Below, in pieces: positions 24,563 through 36,200 of a stretch of 64,000 nt of DNA. The stretch spans positions 1,977,498 through 2,041,497 of the forward strand of contig CM082589.2 in the NCBI GenBank assembly GCA_040954595.2, given 5' to 3'. The notes under the pieces are model-generated. The model did not search any database. It had not been told where the DNA came from and saw nothing but the letters and a program-made list of their open reading frames with translations. Positions within the stretch are counted from its first letter, which is position 1, and each line of letters begins with the position of its first letter. The stretch is from Balanoglossus misakiensis (lineage: Eukaryota; Animalia; Hemichordata). The translations under genes and the position numbers were made by a program.

Positions 24563-26068
24563 GTATGATTTGCGAACGGAAAATTGGCGGGCGTAGCTTA
24601 GTTATACATTCTTATCCTATCAAGTAAAGGAAGAGTGGTGTTGGTGGTTCACAATGGTTAATTGCTGATGGACTCTGTACAGACATGAACACAAACCGGG
24701 GACCGAAGATTGGGCCTTTAAAGATTGTGCCTTAAACAGGGGAAAATCTGAAATTGGTTCACATTAATATGAATCAGCCATGTTGTGTAATTGCAAATAT
24801 CTGAGTAATTCTAATTGTTAAGGAAGTAACTTAGGGAGAGTTTTAGGAATGTCTAAATATTGGTTTGCGTGGGTCAAGACACGACACTTTATCAAATAAT
24901 GTAAAAACACCCTTCAAGATTAAAAACAAGCCAAAGTCGATGATCATACACCTGGCAAATTTAACTAAAGATAGCGAGTATTGTGATCGCGTCAAATTCT
25001 TCACACGAAATGAAGATAAGAAGACGGTATAGGCAATTACCGTGGACATGAATTATGCAAATTTCAGGGAACACCAATGTTGGACATTCAGGGGCACACA
25101 TTGCTGGCTTACGGCAACGAACAAGATTCCCGGCCAAAGGACAAACTTGCCTTTGATACAAATTCACCTTATAGGTAACCGATACTCGACAATCTCACTA
25201 TTGTAACTATAAAGAGTAGGCTTTTTTTTGCAAGCTTGTCGTTTCGTGTTTAAATATTTTCTCATGGCAAATACCGCGGGGAATTGACAAACACACGGGG
25301 ACGATTGTGGAATTAGCCTGTGGACTAAAGCAGACGGCAATCGAATATAAATTTGTTTGTTTTTCCCGCGAACTTGATACTCTGACAGTATAAGAACTCG
25401 GCTTATAGACTCTTTGGTAAATCATTTGGGGCAGTCAAAAAGTGGGTATTTGTCAGAGCGCGTGGGCTTAGAACGGCAAAGTGTAAAAGACTAAGCCCTT
25501 CCGAATAACTGAGTTGCTCGCGGTGAAAAGGGCAAAGGAATACCGGTTGTCAGCAACTTCTCACACCGCCGGTGGTCGGTGAAAATCCCTTTAATCTCGT
25601 TCGGTGCTCACTCGTCGGAGGTATTGTCGTCTGGCGGGAGTGTCTGGCCTGGCACTCGCAAGGTCACGGAATTTGGCGGCGAAAACAATGGTGGATTGTC
25701 ATTCGTTGTTTAAATTTAGCAATGTCTGCCTGCCACCCGAGTGACGTCAGAGGCGAGAGCCGGTCAACTACGGCCAGATGTAGAATGTGCATTCATGTTG
25801 CACAGGTGGGAAAATAACAGCGTGTCCGGTCACTTAACCTTTGACCTCGTTGGAAGTTCTCCGCCCTGCCGAATCCTTTGAGGGCGGCGTGGTAAAATTC
25901 CCTTTGCTTTGTCGCTTACCTCTCGGGGTGACTGTACTAGCAAATCATCGCATAACTTGATTGTTTTGTGAAAGGTTTAAGAAATAGTGTCAACAATGTT
26001 TGTTTACCAATATTTAACATTGTTTCAGTCAATGCTGCCCGACCTGTGCGATGGGAATCTAAAGGTGG

Positions 26069-26938
26069 CGCTCTTCAAAAATATAATGGCTATTGTTTGT
26101 AACACAGTCCAGCTGCGCAATGTGATGATTATGCAACAACTGTAAAGGACAGCACTGCATTTTCGCATAGACCCTTCGTGGAGCAATTGAACAGGCAGTT
26201 GGGGTCCCACTGTCTAATTGAATGCAAACGACTTTCTTTTTGAATTTCGCTACTGATATGAGCTCGGTGACGGACTATATTTAACACTGCGCATCAATTT
26301 CTCCACTCAGGCTGCATGAGCCGTTAGTTCGTCTCTCCTTGCCTTGCGCTCACCTGGTGGGCTTCAAGACCAGACGCAATCGTATCCGTCACGCGATCCG
26401 CCCCAAAACCGACACTGTTTCTACTTCACCACAATTACCGCCATTCCCATCCCTAGGAGGGGTTGAACTATTTTTCGGGTAATTAGAATTCTTCGGCTTG
26501 TTTTTTCCCTCCGCTCTTCAAAAATATAATGGCTATTGTTTGTAACACAGTCCAACTGCGCAATGTGATGATTATGCAACAACTGTAAAGTGAGCGCTGC
26601 ATTTTCGCGGAGCAATTGAACAGGCAGTTGGGGTCCACTGTCTAATTAAATGCAAACTACTTTCTTTTTGAATTCGCTACTGATATGAGCTCGGTGACGG
26701 ACTATATTTAACACTGCGCATCAATTTCTCCACTCAGGCTGCATGAGCCGTTAGTTCGTCTCTCCTTGCCTTGCGCTCACCTGGTGGGCTTCAAGACCAG
26801 ACGCAATCTAATCCGTCACGCGATCCGCCCCAAAACCGACACTGTTTCTACTTCACCACAATTACCGCCATTCCCATCCCTAGGAGGGGTTGAACTATTT
26901 TTCGGGTAATTAGAATTCTTCGGCTTGTTTTTTCCCTC
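26069..26938. repeat. Direct tandem duplication (443 bp + 427 bp)
   Basis: Copy 1 (26069-26511) and copy 2 (26512-26938) both begin CGCTCTTCAAAAATATAATGG and end CTTGTTTTTTCCCTC. Copy 2 has a 13-bp deletion, and there are scattered substitutions. Confidence 0.95.
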
Positions 26939-29645
26939 CTAGTCGGGGATATCTGACCGGAAGCGGAGGCCGAAGCAGACGGAACGCGCCGCTGCACCTC
27001 GATGACCGGTCCCCGTTGAGAGGAAAGAGCGTTTCACTGCAAGACGTCGCACACCAGTGAGGACATCCACACTGATTAATGGTCTCGGGGACCAGTCACG
27101 TGCCACCGAAAATTCCCCGCATCCCGATTACAACATCCTGAGTGTTCCCCATCAATCTCGAGGTTACTGTTTCCCCCCTTGCGGTTTTACTGGATAGGCT
27201 GTAAAGTTAATTTGGCAGCACGCTCGCTAGCTTGGACCTCAATCAAGAAATCATCGCTATCGTCGCTAATCTCAAAAGTAACACCCAGCATCATTCCCAG
27301 ATACTACACAGTCATACAAATTTATTAAAAACAGACCCCACACCGGAATTTTTAAGTCAAAGCCATAATGATTAATGGAATTATTTGGTTCACTTTATAA
27401 AGCAAATCGAATCCGAAGACTTGCCGTCTGCATCTGTCATTTTTATTAATATATCTCTCTCCTAATCGTCGCAGACACCCTTCAATTTCGGTCAGGCGTG
27501 CCGGCCCCTTCCGTAACGAGCAAGCAGGTGTCTCGTAGCGCCAAAACTGATGCGATGCAATTGGCGAACTAACGAGGAACCCTCACCATTTCTGAAATAC
27601 CGCTGAAATCTTTTTAGACTCTCACAGCAAGTCATAGATTTCAAAACTGCGAGCGATATAATACGAAACAGACAAGTGTATCAACAGCTGGAACGAATCC
27701 CAGTCGGGTGCTCCCGAGTTCAACCCGACCTGACCCGAGGAGTCGCTCTTGCTAATTTTATACGCTCGCGCGTCTGGCTGGCTTATTGCCGACTGACGAC
27801 CGCTGCGTGTTACTCCGGATGCAGGATTCCAAACTTTTTTTTTACCCCTATGAAGGCCCAAATATTTTGTGTAAATCGTTCTCCACATCTACATACACAC
27901 CCTCGATCACTTTTTTTCTAGTTAAAGTAGTCGGAACCCATAGTCATTCATCGCGTCTCACCGTCGGCAATGAGACGCAAATCCTATTGCTTGTCCCCGT
28001 TTACAGCGCCAATGTCAGTCGAGTATGAGACGTATTTATTGGCATTTTCTTGTTGTGTTCTGATCTTTATCGATGTTCGTCCTTGGCTGTCAGCCAACTG
28101 TATATGTTTTCGTGACATATACTTCTGGCGAAGTCCTATAAGGACGTGCATGGAGAAGCCTTGCAAGAGACTGTTTCTGTTTCTATTTTTCCACTACTGA
28201 ATAAATTATGGTCGTTTAGGTCAGTGATTTTCGCTTGAAGGCTGTTTTTTGACGTGTCAGCGTTGTTTAAAAGAAAAACAGAGTTCGGATTATGTGTCCT
28301 CGGAATCTCATCGGGGAAAGTTTTCTTAACCCACTCTGGGACGGGGTATCACTCATCTCCACGATGTGCCAACACGAATCTCCATATGAGTCGCCGCGTC
28401 CGCCAAGGACGCGCTGATCCGTTGACCTGGCGATGCCCCAACCCTGCTATGCGGCTCACAGCATCGTGAAATCCGAGCGGGGGTGGGCAGGGCCCAGTTG
28501 GAGGGACGGAGGCACGATGCGCTTGTTACACAAGAGCGAATTGAAAATCATTCGACTTATGTGCTCATCTTTCGTTTTCACTGTATCTTTTCACTCGATC
28601 GTGTTTACCGGTTTTCTGAGCTGGCGCGATATCCGCAGTTGAGGGCAGACAAGCCGACAATTTCCGACGTCGGTTTGCAAGAAGCAGCCTTGTCAAGCTA
28701 CCTTCTAAAGGAGGTGTGTTGCTTGTTGACATCGGCTTAACAGATATGCACCCGAGTCCAAGTGCACACGTGTCAAAAATCTGTAGAGATCTTGACGCTA
28801 AACTTTGAAAGGCCAAACTTCACCATATGGAGCATACCATAAATCGCTGGTGTATTTTAACCAGGCGAGCTAAAATTAGCCAAAATTTAACGGCGTGATA
28901 TCGTCGATGGACACTCCGTTGCAAGAGATTCGCGCCACCAGTTATCAACACCAGGAGATGCTTTAAAAAATTCAAAATCGTTCAGAATATTGATTTTTGA
29001 TCGTATTTCATGAACCCCCGGCACACCTTGATTGTGCATAATATAATAATGTACTCATTTTGTCCACAAGAAAAGGATCAACACGTTGTTGTTCGTTTTT
29101 AGCGAAAAAAATCACTTCTACAATATGACAGACGGGTGAATTTCTTGGGAGACATTCTTGAGACTTCTTAGATTAAATTGCCGAATATCAAACTCTCTCA
29201 AGTGTCCATTTCAGTATGGAGAAATATCTCCCAGAAGAATTTTATCAAATCCCTTCCAGTAGTTATTTTGCACTTTATTTTCTTTATCGCCGATGTCTTG
29301 GTCTGTCAATCTGTTTATTCGATGGCGTGCTTACTTGTGTATCTGTTAAAGAAGGCATGGCATGCCGTCAAATCTGTTCTACAGATCGCCGACCCATCTG
29401 TTACCACGTCTGTGACATTATTTTGGCAATACTTTTATTGAACACCAAATTCGAATGTGGGTAGTTTCTGAATTCCGATCTTTATCTGACCTCTGTACAC
29501 ACAGAACCGAACACAGGCTGTCAGTTTTCCTATAAACTTTTGGCCAGGTAACGCGAGTCTTCTAAGTTCGGTAGGGCTATACAGCAGTCTTCAAACAGTG
29601 TATCTTTCTAGCAATTCTGTGCTATTCTCCAGAGCAAACAACATG

Positions 29646-29694
29646 TGTCTGTCTGCCTGCCTGCCTGCCTGTCTGTCTGTCCATCCGTCCGTAT
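29646..29694. repeat. Compound tetranucleotide microsatellite (GTCT/GCCT/GTCC)
   Basis: TGTCTGTCTGCCTGCCTGCCTGCCTGTCTGTCTGTCCATCCGTCC. Confidence 0.8.
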
Positions 29695-32600
29695 GTGTAC
29701 CGACCTTGTAGACGTCTTTCGCCGTTGCCTCTTGGAACTTTCTCCGGTAAATAAAGGCATTAAAACATAATACACAATTGACTGCTGATATCTTTAAGGA
29801 GAACACACCCATGTACTTCTGAGTTGCACCATAAAACCATAAATTTCACTTAAGATTACTGGGCTTGTCATTGACTTAATATTATCGGCTTCGTGATGTA
29901 CTTAAACCCCCTTAATCCTGTTTTGTGGATAAATATTTCCTCAGTTCTTAAAACTGACCCTGTCGTTATTTTAGCACGAGACCAAAATCAACAGATACGA
30001 AGCATTCTGTGTGGAAAAGTCAACACGCCGTTCAAGTTCAGTCCGAGGATATGGTCAACGTCACGCGACGCGACATTGTGTCGCAGACGCCATATTTGTT
30101 CTTTAGACACGGCGCTATTCACGGCAACACTGCCCAATCACTTTCACGATTTACATTCAATTAAGGCGTATAGCGTGGTTTGGGCGTCTCATCCGTTGCA
30201 TTTTGAAATTTTAAATACGCCATATTTTGATCCAGCTGCCTCTAGGTCACTGAGGTCAATTGAAACTACTTTCGGATCGGCAGCTTGTCGCGCTGCATCA
30301 GCTACCGGGCTACGCGCGATGCTAATGGATTAATAAGGGCGGGTGTAGATTGAGTTCATGAGGCAATTTTATAACTTTTCAACTGACAATTTCCGCGATT
30401 TTCACCTGACTCGCACAAATATCGTATTGCACCCAATGTCGACGGCGATAAAGGAAATTACTGACTCCGGCAGAAGCAACAACTGACACAAACCGCGAAG
30501 ATTTGTTTGTCATCTGTCAGTATCTGATTAAATTCTTTTCGTAAACTTGCGAACCATTTTTGTATACCATAAATACCACATTCTTCTAATCAGCTTGTTT
30601 TCTTTTGTTGTTGTGTTGTGTTTCATTTGTCAACGGCTAGAATGTTAAAATATAAACTCCGGTGACCTTTAACCCCGGTTTTATTTGGTAACGAAGAAAT
30701 GCTGCCATAAAAGATCATAATTCACACGTTGTTGACCCGTTAACGTCGCGATTTGAATGCAAAAGATTTCAAATCTGTCAGTGTGGTTTATTTATGGACC
30801 GGGTAATAGACTTCCACGAGAGGTATGTGATCCCAAAGAAAACTGAACTCGCTGGTATCCGTGAGACGTTTCGCGTGTCGACATTTTGAAATGTGCGCGG
30901 CTTGTGGAACATCTGGACAGCCGAACATCGGAAAGGTTTAAATCTGCAAAATTTGGTTTATTTACTGATTCATGCTGAGTCGCTTATTGATGTCTAGTTG
31001 GTGCGTGCGTGTGTTCCTAGAGAAATTTCAACTGGTTGTTGTCCGGCGAGCAAAGATCGCGAGAGCGCACGAGATTTGCGCACGACTCACGGTAACCCGG
31101 ATTACGCGATGGTATTCATCTGTCTGCGGGGGCCAAATGTTGAAACGGGTAACAAACGTCACTGCATGGGCACTTGCGCCATGGAAACTACCGTAAACAA
31201 CGAAACAAATAAACAAACTTAACACAATTGGTTATAAATTACTATAATTTCAAATATTGTCGGTGAAATTTTGTTGACCTGAAACGGTCATCAGTTTCGT
31301 AAACGGAAATTTCCATCTGTTGACTTGAAAGGTATGATCCAACCATTGATCAAATTTATACAGACAGCGTCTATACTAATTTATCAAAACTGAAAATATC
31401 TTCTACGCATGCGTTTAACAAGACTATACTTCTTCTAACCCCACTGTATGCTTCCAAAAATGTTTGATGATGTGGAATGGGTCTAATTTTCATTTGTCAA
31501 GTTTTTTTTCCTTTTTCGTCCCAGCAGGAAGCCGAATATGATAAAGCAAGTAATTGTTGCGGATTTCTGGAATACATGTGGTGTCACCATTGATATAGGC
31601 CCAGCTAAAAGCACGCGTCACTGGGGGTCAGGCGAAGTGCAATGACAGGCGTTATCTGTGGTGGTTTTAGGTGTCGGCAATATTCTCATACTCGATTCAA
31701 AAATAGAACGCCATTTGACATATTAGCGGAATGCCCAATCCTTTAACACGCAGGCATATCTGGAAGTGAAAGTTAGGCCTACTGACACTGATGACGTCAC
31801 AGTACCTCACAATGACATCAATACAAGCGTTTCTGAGCGCGTCCCGAGCCATTGGCATGTGTTTGGGGTCGATTTTCAAGTGTTGAGAGAAGGGGTGGGT
31901 CTACTATAATGCCACACTTAATTTAAGTCTTAGAATATTTACGCGAAGATTAAATTGAATAATTTAGATGATTAATAAAAATATAAAATGTGTTTAAAGA
32001 ATACATTTGTTTCTTTGCCTCCAGTGCAACTCTGGTATGTTTTGTTCGTAGTCAATTAGAACTGCGACCTGCTATGAAATTTTCAAATTCAATAAGTTGA
32101 CCCCCATTCGACAATTCTCAAACGAAGGCTCTCCTAGAAGTCCCGAGGGAGTCGCTTCTTTTCTGTTGCCATGGCAAAAGCTACTAGACAAAAGCTCAGT
32201 GCACATGCCTAGCGATTCACGAAGTAACGACTGAAGGCCTAATTCTTATGTGTCTTCACTGTGATGTGAAGATATGGTAAAATGGATATTATTTTTATTC
32301 TACGAATTCAATTAACTTGGTGATTTTAAATATTAACTGTCCCGGCAAGGAAACGCTGAGTATGGATTACACGTATCAATTATATCAAATGGTCAGTTAG
32401 GGCGGTGGCACCCACGATCGTTCGCACCCCGGGCGATTATTTCGAAGCGTTTCGAAGACACCGTTCCGGAGTAAAAGAACATTTTTGTTCGAGAACTCAC
32501 GCGTTCGTATTTGCTCTCCGTCGCGCTTGGCGACGGCGTGTGCCGCCCAATGTTCGCCGCCGCCTCGGGTCACGTGACCGCGTTCCAAATTTCATTCCGT

Positions 32601-33139
32601 CAGTGGCAAGTGCATGCCAACTATAGTACAAGGGTGCACATTACGCTGTCGGAAAAAAAATCAGCATTGTTTGGAATTGTCCCGTTTGTGAATGGGAGTG
32701 CGTCAATGAACACAGTCAAGTTTTTTTCAAAGCGTGAAAGGAAGTTTCTCATCGCCTGGAGGGAAACTACATATTGAGCCGGAGAACCAGAGTAACAGCG
32801 GCGGTGATTTTTTTAAAACAGAGATACAACTCCAACCGTGCACTGTTGTGTGCATATATGTGATTGGAGGCCGTTGCCGTAACTAAGCATTCCTGCTCCA
32901 GTGGCATCCAACGGGCTGAACTGTCTCTCACGTCGACACTGGACATCAGAGAACGTACCCAGCAACGGTAGCGAGTCCCCCACGCCGGCAACGACGCAAC
33001 CGCGGGTGTATTTGATGGGGGCTTGAACACGACTCGTCGAAGTGGAATCGGGGTGTGTTGACCCAGCCCCAAAACACCGTGGTGGTCAATTCACCGCACT
33101 TAAGTACACTGAAGTTGACATGAGTACCCGTTTGTCAGA

Positions 33140-33247
33140 ATGGGCCGATTGCAGTATATAGGTCGATACATCGTTGACGGGAGGCCGCTCGGGAAGGGGA
33201 ATTTCGCGACGGTGGAACTGGCCACGCACAGCGTAACACGCTCCAAG
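33140..33247 (+). CDS. AMPK-related (HUNK/SIK-like) Ser/Thr kinase, coding exon with the Gly-rich loop
   Basis: Encodes MGRLQYIGRYIVDGRPLGKGNFATVELATHSVTRSK (subdomain I, GxGxFxxV). Phase-0 donor AAG|GTTTGT. In-frame stop upstream at 33116-33118. Confidence 0.92.
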
Positions 33248-36200
33248 GTTTGTAAAAAACCAATGTGTTTGTTTTGTGCCCATTTAAAAACCTCGCAACA
33301 TGTCCAGTTACACAACAAGGACGGTATAGGTTCCCGAGTGCGTTACGCCCCTTCCAAACAGCGAACTGGGTAAGACAAAACGGGGTGTCGTTCACGCGAT
33401 GTTTACGACAAGTTTCTCGAATGTTTTGTGAACAAAACGGACCACCGTTATGTGGCGTTATGGATTTTGGAGTCACCCTTTACGACCAGCACTCCTTCAC
33501 ATCGAAACAATGGACAAATCCCGCTTATAAATAGCGTTTTATGTAACCTTTACAATCTTTACTCAATCTTGGTTAATTCAAACTTGGCCAACGTTGTCAA
33601 GTACAGCACGACATACATTCACATGCCGCTGTCGGCGGATCCCAGGTCACAGAGCTATCCGATTTCATCTTAATTCGACAAACAATTCTCCATATCTGTC
33701 ATTTGCTAGACGTCTGCTATCATTCATTTAAAAATCGGGCACGAATTCCGAATCACAAAAATATGGCGAAGCAAGAAGAACTTTGTCAGATATACGTCAC
33801 AAATATTTTGGCGCACAGTTTGGCATTTGACCTTCGAACAGTGTGTCGTCTGCCACGAGTCCTTCAAGTTCACAGGCTTAACCGATGGCCGTGACTTGTA
33901 TTTACACCATATTACAATAGATCGCCACACACACTGGTACAAATTCATGTATGTGTTTATCAACATACCACGCTAAAATACCGTTGCGTATGTGAAGTTA
34001 TCCGTATTCTATCCTCGTCGCCAGAAAAGACTCGCATGTTTCCAATCACGCGAAGTAGCTACGTAAGAGCACTTGAAAATCAAACAGAGAACGAGCTGGC
34101 TATTTTGGGCAGCGAAAACCCAACAACATACTAGCCTTTTGTCTGGTAAAGATCACAGAACACGAGACACAGAAAGAAAGGTGAAAGAAAGTGGGAAAGT
34201 AAACAAACGGGGGAATTGTCACTACACATGTCGTAGGAGATATTATCGCGTTGTGAACACGTTTGCCTTGGGGAAAGGGGCATTTTTTCTCAAGCCAGCG
34301 ATAAGCTATCGCCATTTCCTTTACTGGAGCGGGAATTTTCCCACCAACCGTTTCCACTGGATACTATGAAAGCGTCTCTAAATCTCTTTTTAAATGATGA
34401 ATATTACATATCCAGTACATACAAAAATTGATCATTGTTATCGTGTTTTTCCCCTTCAAGTTGGTCAGCTACTGTACATACTCGGCATTTTCTAATTACA
34501 AATTGTTGGAGGGCCCGGCTTGCCTTCTCTACTGAAGAATTCAGTCATTTCTGGTCCATGAATTCAGCGTTTATTAAAAATGTAGTAGGATTTCCTATTC
34601 TGTTAGACCGCTAAGACACCTGCCTTCTGTGTGGGAGTTGCTAGGCAACTTGGCGCGGCGTGGGGGAATGCATGACAGGTACTAGGTACACGTCCCATTT
34701 TTGCTGTTTTTGTCATAGGTAGTCCACAAACCGCTCTTTAAATCAATTTGGGTTGAAAAAGTTCTTTTGTGACTTGATTTCAGCCATGTTTTCTCCCGTT
34801 TACAGCAACTATAAATGTTTGATGACATGCCTGCCTGCCTTCAACGCCATGACTGGTTTGACTAAAGTTCAAACTTTGTTAAACGTGTTTACTTTAGATA
34901 ACTTCAAAATTGTACAGTTCAAAAGTTGCGCATGTTCGACCACAACACCATGGCAACGATAGGGCTTCACCGTGTTCAAGACTGTCAATTTCGCAGTAAA
35001 AATAGTTTGTGTTATTCAAATTCAGACTCAGTCAACATAATATAGTAAACAAGTATATATAACAAGGTACACATATCATAAAACTCGCCACAAATCGTTG
35101 GCAGCTTTATGGCTATTTGCAGGGAGACGACAGAGAAACAAATAATAGAATTTAGAAGTGATTATTGTTTCTCCCGGCCCTGGGAACTAATTTCAAACCT
35201 CAACACCAATTTATCGATTTAAATATTATCTTTTCGTCCCGTTCCTAAGCGAGTGTATTTACCCTGCGCACGAAGCAGCGTCACGTTTCTAATTAAAAAC
35301 AAATCATTTTAATGTTGTAATTTCATTGCCATTGTGGACACTGAGAAAAGATGTGATGAAATGAAAATATTTTTCCCGGCAGAGGGTACCACGAACGATC
35401 AATTACACAGACGTTAAGACTGTAATATTCATTTTCCATCACCAGTCCCGTGGGGATGCACACGTATTAATGCAATTACGGAGTAGTTTCCAGATAATCC
35501 CTTACACATTTTTATAATCACTTAAAACCGTGACGTTAACAATGATAATTGATAACATTTATGATACCTGATTTACATCATGATGGACTTGACAATCTGA
35601 TTTTTGACAAAATCTACGTTTCCATTGATATGAACAGTTACTTTTAAATTTGAATCTTGTTGTTTTTCTCCCAAGTTGTGTCCAGTATTAGCATGCTACA
35701 CGTACTGTAAGAGCTTCGTGAAAGTGATTATCCGATCACACAATTGCATTTGTTATCATTGGTACTAAACACAGCAACTCTTGACACGGCGATTTGTACA
35801 GTTCTTTGTAATGCTCATCGATGAATGGGGGTAGCCATTGATCTTTGTCTACCTCTGAACACTTAACAGTCTCGGGTGAAATTTATCCCGGTGTTTACGA
35901 CCGCCTCGAACGACTTAACGAGAGCCTGAACTCCCCTTAACCTCACCGTCCCTTCAGAGTTGGACCCAGTGCATTCATTGAAATCTGCACCGTGTACGCC
36001 AGAGCAGCTTGCGAGAATGCTCGTTCATTAAAGGAGAAAGTCGCATATCCCCATGATTCACACATGCGCAAAGCCTAGCACTGCGACCTAAACTTGACCC
36101 GCCATTTTGTTTTGCAGTGAAATCCAATATGGCGGCCATTCGGGCAGTAATCTCTAGTGTGATCCTCGCGTCATACATGCATCATTCCTAAGCGTAAATT

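Noticed and set aside
33248-33373. C-terminal part of ORF 33140..33373 (VCKKPMCLF...)
   Set aside because: Intron read-through; kinase similarity stops at the donor at 33248 and resumes at 45912.
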